Assembly (NCBI GenBank): GCA_045567955.1
Contig: JBJLBX010000013.1
Location: forward strand, 2,226-66,225
From: Candidatus Poseidoniales archaeon
Lineage (GTDB): Archaea > Thermoplasmatota > Poseidoniia > MGIII > CG-Epi1
Reading direction: 5' to 3'
Length of the DNA stretch: 64,000 bases
Shown here in pieces: positions 52,438-59,869 of the stretch. The notes beneath the pieces were generated by a model. The model was not told where the DNA came from. It was given only the letters and a program-made list of their open reading frames with translations, and did not search any database. The position numbers were made by a program, and so were the translations under genes. Numbering within the stretch: position 1 is the stretch's first letter; every line of letters starts with the position of its first letter.

Positions 52438-53666
52438 GTTTGTTTTCAGTATGTCGTTCAATGGCTGAGTGGACGGCTACAAATCTACTTATTCCTGTTT
52501 TTAATTTTCAGGCAGGTTTATTTCCGCCGTTTAGTAATCCGGCAGGTTCTATTGCTGATTGGTTAGAGACGGATGGTGGTCTAAACACATTAGCTTGGGC
52601 CTATGCTGTGAATATAGCATTTATGGTAGGTATGACTAATCTAATTTTGGTTATTCATTTAGAAAGGAAAATAGCAGCCCGTATACAGGATCGTAGAGGT
52701 CCTATGTTATCTTTAAGATCATTTAGAGAATTAGGTGAAGATTTAGCAGGTGAAAAGCCTACTTGGAAATTTAAGGATAATTACAGTGGAATTGGTATAG
52801 TTCAGAATATAGTAGATGGGATTAAGGCTATAACAAAAGAATTAATTGTACCTGCTAAAGCCGATCGTTTTTTATTTACAATGGGTCCTGTAATTTTTAT
52901 TTCTTCTTCAGTATTTTTGTTGGTATTATTTCCTTTATCTGATAGATTTGCAGCTTCTTCAGCTCCAGCTGGTCTGATGGTAATTATGGCTGCTTTTTCT
53001 ATAGCTCCTATAGGTGTTTTGACTTCTGGTTGGGCCTCTAATAATAAATATTCAATGATTGGAGGAATGAGATCAGCAGCTCAGTTGATGTCTTATGAAA
53101 TACCACTATTGTTGAGTATGGCTGGAGTCTTTCTTTTGGCTGGTTCATTTGATCCTGTAACGATTGTAGAACAACAGCAAGAAGGTACTTGGTTTTTTGG
53201 TTTACCAATGTGGAATTTTATTCCTCAGTTCATTGGTTTTGTTGTTTTTATGATTTGTATTCTTGCTGAAGTTGAAAGAGTTCCATTTGATTTACCTGAA
53301 GCTGAAGCTGAATTAGTTGAGGGGTGGACTACTGAATACAGTGGTATTCGTTTCATGTTCTTTCTGATGGCAGAATATATTCGAGGTTTTGCAGGTGCTG
53401 CAGTGGCTACAATATTATTCTTGGGAGGTTGGGCAGGTCCTTGGCCAGTTCCTCCAGAAATCTGGTTTTTAATAAAAGTATATTTAATAATAATATTTTG
53501 GATATTTATTAGATGGTCAGTTCCAAGAATACGTACTGATCAAATTCTAGAGCTTGGCTGGAAAAAATTATTACCTCTCTCATTAATTAATATCTTAATT
53601 GTAATATTTATGGTAGAAATATATCCTTATTTCTCAGATATAGTTAACTTGCCGGAGGTATTCTAA
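52434..53666 (+). CDS. nuoH: complex I subunit NuoH (with N-terminal extension and loop insertion)
   Basis: ERKIAARIQDRRGP...GIVQNIVDGIKAITKE, EVERVPFDLPEAEAELVEG and TEYSG motifs. 410 aa. Confidence 0.9.
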   Translation: MSLFSVCRSMAEWTATNLLIPVFNFQAGLFPPFSNPAGSIADWLETDGGLNTLAWAYAVNIAFMVGMTNLILVIHLERKIAARIQDRRGPMLSLRSFRELGEDLAGEKPTWKFKDNYSGIGIVQNIVDGIKAITKELIVPAKADRFLFTMGPVIFISSSVFLLVLFPLSDRFAASSAPAGLMVIMAAFSIAPIGVLTSGWASNNKYSMIGGMRSAAQLMSYEIPLLLSMAGVFLLAGSFDPVTIVEQQQEGTWFFGLPMWNFIPQFIGFVVFMICILAEVERVPFDLPEAEAELVEGWTTEYSGIRFMFFLMAEYIRGFAGAAVATILFLGGWAGPWPVPPEIWFLIKVYLIIIFWIFIRWSVPRIRTDQILELGWKKLLPLSLINILIVIFMVEIYPYFSDIVNLPEVF

Positions 53667-53667
53667 T

Positions 53668-54444
53668 ATGAGTAACGAAAGAGAACCGGGTTTGATGGAT
53701 ATTTTTGTAAATCCTATGAAAGTTACACTAAAACAATTTTTCAAGTCAACATTTGGTAAACCAACAACAGTTATGTATCCTCTTGAAAGAAGAGATCCAC
53801 CTCCAACTTATAGAGGAATGAATGCAGTAATTTGGGATTTATGTATTGGTTGTGGTATTTGTGGTGAAGTATGTCCTAATAAATGTCTAAAAATGAAACC
53901 AGAAGATTTATCTGAAGAAGAGCAAGATAGAGCTTGGTATGGTTCACATTTAGCAAAGAGGAAGAGTAAGGCTGAAAGGCCAGCTATCAATTTTGGGCAT
54001 TGTATGTTTTGTGGTTTTTGTGAAGATTATTGTCCTACTGGGGCTATGACTATGACGGATTTTTATGAGTTAGCAGATACTAACCGTGAAGGCTTAATTT
54101 ATCCTGCAAGGTCTATGAAAGTAGAATTAGAAGAATTACCACAGTTGCCTCTTACAAATTATATGATGGAATCTCCTGTTCTTGATGCAGATCCATGTAT
54201 TGGGTGCAGTAAGTGTGTAGATAATTGTCCAACAAATTGTATCATTATGGACTTGGGCCCTCAGAACAAAAAATTGAAGAGTGGTAAAACTAGAAATGTA
54301 GAAAACCCTTATTTCGATTATACCATTTGTATTGGCTGCTCAACATGTGTCAAAGTATGTCCTGCAGACTGTCTCCATATGGAACCAATTAGTAATTCAA
54401 GTTCTAGTGGATTAACAACTGAAGAAACTACGCAGGAGGCCTAG
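53668..54444 (+). CDS. nuoI: complex I subunit NuoI fused to a second 2x[4Fe-4S] ferredoxin domain
   Basis: Four CxxCxxCxxxCP motifs: CIGCGICGEVCP, CMFCGFCEDYCP, CIGCSKCVDNCP and CIGCSTCVKVCP. 258 aa. Confidence 0.85.
   Translation: MSNEREPGLMDIFVNPMKVTLKQFFKSTFGKPTTVMYPLERRDPPPTYRGMNAVIWDLCIGCGICGEVCPNKCLKMKPEDLSEEEQDRAWYGSHLAKRKSKAERPAINFGHCMFCGFCEDYCPTGAMTMTDFYELADTNREGLIYPARSMKVELEELPQLPLTNYMMESPVLDADPCIGCSKCVDNCPTNCIIMDLGPQNKKLKSGKTRNVENPYFDYTICIGCSTCVKVCPADCLHMEPISNSSSSGLTTEETTQEA
54115..54441 (+). other. extra C-terminal 2x[4Fe-4S] ferredoxin-like domain of NuoI
   Basis: Residues ~150-258 lie beyond the canonical NuoI core and contain the 3rd and 4th CxxCxxCxxxCP motifs. Confidence 0.7.
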
Positions 54445-54446
54445 TT

Positions 54447-54710
54447 GTGGATTTAGTTTTAGTGATTTTTTGGTTTCTAGCATCATTAATCCTTGCTTCT
54501 GCATGGGCTGTTGTTAATGGTAATGATATTGTACATTCAGTAGTATGGTTAGCAACTGTTTTTCTTTTGACGGCGTGTTTGTTTATTATTGCAGATGCTG
54601 AATTCTTAGCAGTTATACAAGTACTTGTGTATGTTGGTGCAATATCTGTAGTTATTATCTTTGGAATTATGTTGACTAAAAGAACATTGAAGGGTGGTGA
54701 GGATGTCTAG
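54447..54710 (+). CDS. nuoJ: complex I subunit NuoJ, N-terminal part (TM1-3)
   Basis: 87 aa, GTG start. AEFLAVIQVLVYVGAISVVIIFGIML corresponds to the conserved NuoJ TM3. Confidence 0.8.
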   Translation: MDLVLVIFWFLASLILASAWAVVNGNDIVHSVVWLATVFLLTACLFIIADAEFLAVIQVLVYVGAISVVIIFGIMLTKRTLKGGEDV

Positions 54711-55518
54711 TAGAAGTACAATTTGGGTTAGAGATGCCTTAGTTATAACATTTTCATTTTATGTTGTTTTTTCACTTGCTTTAGCTCCTTGGAATAATTT
54801 AGAACTTGATTCACATAATTCGGGTATTTGTAGTGACGGTTGTGCACCTTCTATAGTTTTTCCAGACGATGATTATTATCATTATACAAATTCTATTGAA
54901 TTTGAATGGGCTCCAGTTTCAGTAAGTTATATGCATATTGTAGTAGATGATGACAATGGTGAAACAATATTTCAAGGTAATATTACAACTAATGAATCTC
55001 AAACACCTAGATTACCTCCAGGTAACTATACTTCTAGAATTTACTATGCTGGTATGGGTGGGAGTTCTTTAGGAGATAATATTGTAGATATGCCTTTACT
55101 ACTTACAGAAGAACAATCTACAGTTACAGCTTCTAAACTTTCAGTAGTTTGGCCAACTGTAAGTGTAACTTATGGTTTAATGATAAATATTAATGAGCAA
55201 GTAAGTGCTGATAAATATGATACAGTTTATTTGGATTCATTCACTTTAGTTCATCAAGTAGATGGATTAGTGGATACAAAATATACATATTCCGATTTTA
55301 TTAGCGGAGAAACTTATTCTTGGACAGTTTATGCAATTGATTCAGAAGGTTTTATTTCAGAATTCTCAGATGTTAGGGATGTAAATATAGACACTACTAA
55401 ATTTTTGGCTTATGAATTGTTTAATGATTGGGAAGTTCCATTTATTTTGCTAGGTGTTTTAATGGTAATAGCATTACAAGCTGGTGTTTTCTTAGCTAGG
55501 GAGGAGCGAGATGATTGA
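54694..55518 (+). CDS. nuoJ: complex I subunit NuoJ, C-terminal part (TM4-TM5) with ~200-aa inserted extracytoplasmic domain
   Basis: The C-terminus LFNDWEVPFILLGVLMVIALQAGVFLAREERDD matches recalled E. coli NuoJ LFGPYVLAVELASMLLLAGLVVAFHVGREER. Between TM4 and TM5 lie two related ~85-aa repeats. The start may be the ATG at 54703. Confidence 0.75.
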   Translation: MVRMSSRSTIWVRDALVITFSFYVVFSLALAPWNNLELDSHNSGICSDGCAPSIVFPDDDYYHYTNSIEFEWAPVSVSYMHIVVDDDNGETIFQGNITTNESQTPRLPPGNYTSRIYYAGMGGSSLGDNIVDMPLLLTEEQSTVTASKLSVVWPTVSVTYGLMININEQVSADKYDTVYLDSFTLVHQVDGLVDTKYTYSDFISGETYSWTVYAIDSEGFISEFSDVRDVNIDTTKFLAYELFNDWEVPFILLGVLMVIALQAGVFLAREERDD

Positions 55519-55813
55519 TCCTATTAATTTTGTAGTGTTTTCTTCAATATTATTATTGATTGGAGCTTATGGTGTGATTCGGAATAAGAATGCTATTGTT
55601 GTTTTGATGTCTGTAGAAATTATGCTCACAGCTGCAAACATAAATTTTGTAGCCTTTTCAACTTTTTATAATGTTTTATCAGGTCAAATAGTAGTACTTT
55701 TTGTAACTACTATTGCGGCAGCAGAGGTTGCTATAGGTTTAGCGATATTATTAAGTTTATTTAAACAAAGAGGCACAATTGAGTTGGATTTACTCAATAA
55801 GTTGAGGTGGTAA
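55511..55813 (+). CDS. nuoK: complex I subunit NuoK
   Basis: 100 aa with 3 TM helices. LIGAYGVIRNKNAIVVLMSVEIMLTAANINFVAFS signature. Confidence 0.9.
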   Translation: MIDPINFVVFSSILLLIGAYGVIRNKNAIVVLMSVEIMLTAANINFVAFSTFYNVLSGQIVVLFVTTIAAAEVAIGLAILLSLFKQRGTIELDLLNKLRW

Positions 55814-55943
55814 TATAAGTAGTAAGGATAATAATTCAGATTCGGATATTGGTATAGTCTCCTTAGTAAGTATAGTTTTTGCTTTAATATTACTTTTTAT
55901 TTTCACAGATCAATTTTCTTCAGATTTTGTTAGTGTAGCTTGG

Positions 55944-57992
55944 ATGATACCCGTATTTCCTATAGTTTCATTTGCTTTAATTCTTTTATTTGGAATGTAT
56001 GATCCAAGAAGAGGTGGATATTTTGCTTTAGTTGGTGTTGGTCTTTCTTCAGTATTTTCTATAGCTGTTGTTTATGAGGTTCTAATTCTGGATTCATTAC
56101 ATGGTGGTTTTATTGAATCTACTCGGACATGGTTTGGTGGAGAAACATATTCTTTTGAGTTTGGTACATACATCGACAGTTTGGCTGCAATTTTATTATT
56201 GGTTGTTGGATTTGTTTCATATTTAGTAGTTTTATTTTCTACAAGTTACATGAATGAAGATGGTGATCGGCAAATTAGGTATTTTTCAGAAATTTGTTTG
56301 TTCGTAGGTGTAATGCTTGGTTTAGTTATTGCTAATTCTTTCTTATTGATGTTTATTTTCTGGGAGTTAGTTGGTGTTTGTTCTTATTTATTAATTGGAT
56401 TTTGGTATGAAAAACCATCTGCAGCTTCAGCAGCTAAGAAAGCATTTTTGGTAACACGTGTAGGAGATGTTTTCCTTTTATTAGGTTTAATCATCCTTTT
56501 CAATACTTTTGGTACACTTAGATATTCTGAATTATTCAATGACCCTGAACTATTGGCTGCTAATGCTACTGAAGTGAAATGGGCTACACTTTGTTTATTT
56601 GGTGGTGCTGTAGGTAAATCAGCTCAGTTTCCCTTGCATGTCTGGCTTCCTGATGCTATGGAAGGGCCAACTACAGTTTCAGCCTTGATTCATGCTGCAA
56701 CTATGGTCAAAGCAGGCGTTTTCTTAGTTGCTAGGGCTTATCCATTGATTGTTCACAGTCCTGATACGGCAATCTACATTGCAGTTACAGGTGGTGTGAC
56801 TGCATTCATTGCAGCGAGTATGGCAATGGTTATGAATGATATCAAACGAGTTTTAGCTTATTCAACAATTTCACAACTTGGTTATATGTTTTTGGCGCTT
56901 GGAACTGGGGCCTGGGCATTTTGGCATGCAACTGAAGAAGGTTTAGACATTCATGTCCAAGGATATACTGCAGGTTTATTCCATTTGATGAATCATGCTT
57001 TCTTCAAAGCTTTACTTTTCCTTGGTTCAGGTGCAGTTATACATTCAGTACATACTCAAGATATGAGAGAAATGGGTGGGTTGAGAAAATCTATGCCTGT
57101 TACTTCTTTGACAATGGGTCTTGGAGTATTATCTATTGCAGGTGTTCCTTTCTTCTCAGGTTTTTGGTCTAAAGATGAGATTTTAGAAGCAGTTCACCAT
57201 AATGGAGAAGCTGAAGGTATCTTTGGAGCACTCTGGTGGCTTGCTCTGTTGACAGCTGCAATGACTGCATTTTACATGACAAGGCTTTGGATGATGACAT
57301 TTAGTGGACCAGAAAAAAGGACAATTAGTGAGATGGAGCCATCTAAAGACCATGAAGAAACAGGTAACTGGGAATTATCTAAAAAGGACGTTAAAATACA
57401 TGCGCATGAAGCTCCATTAGTAATGACAATACCTCTTATGCTTTTAGCTTTTATGGCCGTATTTTCAGGATTTTTATTATTCATTGGTGATGGGTTTGGT
57501 TCAAGAATTTATTTTGGCCACCACGATAGCACTGAAGGTGTTATTCAGTGGGGAATTATTGATCATATTCTTTCGTCATCACTTACTTATTTATCAGTAG
57601 TTGTAGGCCTTACTGGAGTAATATTAGGATATTTATTTTACAAACGTAGTAGTAATGGTGAAACTATACTTTCAACATCTTCTATTTCAGAAAATATTGT
57701 TTTTGGTCCACTACATACTTTTCTTTCTAACAGATTGTATATGTCTAAATTATTTGATTGGTTTGGAATGAGAACTTGGGATACTTTTGCAAAAGCCTGT
57801 GACTGGTTTGATAGAAACATTATTGACGGTATGGTAAATGGGACGGCATACATTACTCAAATTTTTAGTAGCAGAATTAGAAAGTTAAACTCTGGTTTTA
57901 CAGGTCATTATGCTTCTTTGACAGTTGGTGGTCTTGGTGCTATAGTGCTGCTTACTAGAGTTATAATGCCAATAATGGGGTGGTCAATTTGA
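55944..57992 (+). CDS. nuoL: complex I subunit NuoL
   Basis: 682 aa. FIFWELVGVCSYLLIGFWY and WLPDAMEGPTTVSALIHAATMVKAGVF motifs, with a long C-terminal extension (lateral helix region). Confidence 0.9.
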   Translation: MIPVFPIVSFALILLFGMYDPRRGGYFALVGVGLSSVFSIAVVYEVLILDSLHGGFIESTRTWFGGETYSFEFGTYIDSLAAILLLVVGFVSYLVVLFSTSYMNEDGDRQIRYFSEICLFVGVMLGLVIANSFLLMFIFWELVGVCSYLLIGFWYEKPSAASAAKKAFLVTRVGDVFLLLGLIILFNTFGTLRYSELFNDPELLAANATEVKWATLCLFGGAVGKSAQFPLHVWLPDAMEGPTTVSALIHAATMVKAGVFLVARAYPLIVHSPDTAIYIAVTGGVTAFIAASMAMVMNDIKRVLAYSTISQLGYMFLALGTGAWAFWHATEEGLDIHVQGYTAGLFHLMNHAFFKALLFLGSGAVIHSVHTQDMREMGGLRKSMPVTSLTMGLGVLSIAGVPFFSGFWSKDEILEAVHHNGEAEGIFGALWWLALLTAAMTAFYMTRLWMMTFSGPEKRTISEMEPSKDHEETGNWELSKKDVKIHAHEAPLVMTIPLMLLAFMAVFSGFLLFIGDGFGSRIYFGHHDSTEGVIQWGIIDHILSSSLTYLSVVVGLTGVILGYLFYKRSSNGETILSTSSISENIVFGPLHTFLSNRLYMSKLFDWFGMRTWDTFAKACDWFDRNIIDGMVNGTAYITQIFSSRIRKLNSGFTGHYASLTVGGLGAIVLLTRVIMPIMGWSI

Positions 57993-58354
57993 ATAAGTTT
58001 TTGGGAATTTTTGCTTTAGTAGGATTATTTATCTTATTTTCAGGTAGTGCTAATGCTGAAAATCATACAGTAATTGTCACTCAGGCTGATGATTTTTCTT
58101 CTTATTACTTTGAACCTAATGTTTTAGAAATAGAAGTTGGTGATAATGTACTATTTGTCTGGGGTAATGGCTCTCATAATGTGGCGCAAGTTTCAGATTC
58201 AGACTCTAATGATTATAATCTTGGTTTCTATTCAGGAGCTTCACAAGAAGGAGGTAATTGGTCGCTTCCATCTGAGTTCACTTCACAGGATGGAACTTTG
58301 TATTATGTTTGTGAACCTCATGCTACAATGAATATGCGTGGTTCAATAATAGTG
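57980..58354 (+). other. signal peptide-like segment + plastocyanin/halocyanin-like blue-copper domain
   Basis: FLGIFALVGLFILFSGSANA|EN, then a beta-rich ~100 aa with His (WGNGSHNVAQV) and the C-x2-H-x4-M ligand set (VCEPHATMNM). Confidence 0.75.
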
Positions 58355-59869
58355 GGTTCTGGATCATTACCGCTTCCTGAGATTTCTATGGAGTTTAGTG
58401 ATTTTCCTTGGTTATCATATCTTTTAGTATTTCCTCTCATTGGAGCTCTTTGGTCCATTAGCTTTAGTAACACACCTAACGCACCTCGATTGATTGCTTT
58501 ATTCACTACTTTGTTTACTTTAGTTATATCTATAATTGTTTTCATGAAAACGGGGTCAAAATCAGGTTATAGTTTGATGGAAGAATATGAATGGGCACCA
58601 AATTTAGGTATATCATTATTATTTGGTGTGGACGGTTTGAGTTCTCCACTGATCTTATTGACGGGAATAATAGGTCCTTTAACCGTTATTTTTGCATGGG
58701 AAGAAAAAGAAAAGCCAGGTCTTTTCTTTAGTTTACTTTTAGTTATGCAAACTGCACTTTATGGTGTATTTGTCACACTTGATTATTTTGTCTTTTATGT
58801 ATTTTGGGAAATTGTTTTGATACCTATGTTTTTCCTAATTGCAATATGGGGTGGAGAGAATAGAAGATACGCTTCAATTAAATTTTTCATTTATACTTTT
58901 ACAGCTTCAGTAATTATGCTAGTAGGTTTTATGGCTCTATATTTTGAATCTGGAGCTAATTCTTTTTCAATGATTGACATTGCGAATAGCAACAGAGAAT
59001 TTACAGAAGATTTCCAGATTTGGGTTTTTGCTGCATTGTTTATAGGTTTTGCAGTTAAGATACCTTCATTTCCATGGCACACTTGGCTGCCAGATGCACA
59101 TGTTCAAGCTCCAACAGCAGGATCTATTTTATTGGCTGGTGTGATGCTTAAAATGGGACTTTATGGACTTATTAGAGCAGCATTACCTGCATTACCTTTG
59201 GGAGCTATTTATTTTGTCCCAATTATGGTGATTTTAGCAGTTATTTCTATTCTTTACGGTGCAGCTTTAAGTTTAGGGCAAACTGATTTGAAAAAGTTGG
59301 TAGCTTATTCTAGTGTTTCTCATATGGGGGTTGCATTACTTGGTGTTGCTACAATGACGGAGTTAGGTTTGGCTGGTGCCGTATTCATGATGTTTGCTCA
59401 TGGAATTTTGAGTCCTGCAATGTTTATGATTGCTGGAGTTTTACTCCATCAAGTAGGAACAAGAGAAATTCCTAAATTAGGTGGATTAGCAAGACATCAA
59501 CCAAGAACTACGGGTATTTTTGTTGTAATTTTTATGGGAAGTCTTGGCTTACCAGGAATGGCGGTTTTTGTAGCTGAATTAGCTGTATTCATAGCTTTCT
59601 TTCAATCTCATGGTTACTGGCTTTTATTGCCTATTTTTGGTATGGTTTTAACAGCAGGTTATCATCTTTGGGCATTGCAGAGAGCAATTTTTGGAAAAGA
59701 CAGTGAAGAAATAGAAATAGGTAAGGTTCATGAGGCTCCATGGTATGAATTCTATCCTATGTTTACAATAATAATAATTGCAGCATTATTCGGTATCTTT
59801 CCACATTATTTGATGGATCCGATTAATACTGCCTGCTATGATATTTTGAATTTTATGGGAGTACTCTAA
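57980..59869 (+). CDS. nuoM: cupredoxin (type-1 copper) domain fused to complex I subunit NuoM
   Basis: A continuous 629-aa ORF: signal-like N-terminus, a cupredoxin ligand pattern (GSHNV ... YYVCEPHATMNMRG), then a full NuoM (GVDGLSSPLILLTG, WLPDAHVQAPTAGSILLAGVMLKMGLYG). Confidence 0.85.
   Translation: MVNLNKFLGIFALVGLFILFSGSANAENHTVIVTQADDFSSYYFEPNVLEIEVGDNVLFVWGNGSHNVAQVSDSDSNDYNLGFYSGASQEGGNWSLPSEFTSQDGTLYYVCEPHATMNMRGSIIVGSGSLPLPEISMEFSDFPWLSYLLVFPLIGALWSISFSNTPNAPRLIALFTTLFTLVISIIVFMKTGSKSGYSLMEEYEWAPNLGISLLFGVDGLSSPLILLTGIIGPLTVIFAWEEKEKPGLFFSLLLVMQTALYGVFVTLDYFVFYVFWEIVLIPMFFLIAIWGGENRRYASIKFFIYTFTASVIMLVGFMALYFESGANSFSMIDIANSNREFTEDFQIWVFAALFIGFAVKIPSFPWHTWLPDAHVQAPTAGSILLAGVMLKMGLYGLIRAALPALPLGAIYFVPIMVILAVISILYGAALSLGQTDLKKLVAYSSVSHMGVALLGVATMTELGLAGAVFMMFAHGILSPAMFMIAGVLLHQVGTREIPKLGGLARHQPRTTGIFVVIFMGSLGLPGMAVFVAELAVFIAFFQSHGYWLLLPIFGMVLTAGYHLWALQRAIFGKDSEEIEIGKVHEAPWYEFYPMFTIIIIAALFGIFPHYLMDPINTACYDILNFMGVL

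Noticed and set aside
54694-54710. The nuoJ split considered as a frameshift pseudogene.
   Set aside because: Both halves are intact with plausible starts (GTG 54694 or ATG 54703). NuoJ is known to be split into J1/J2 in some archaea, and the rest of the operon is intact. A sequencing frameshift cannot be excluded without reads.
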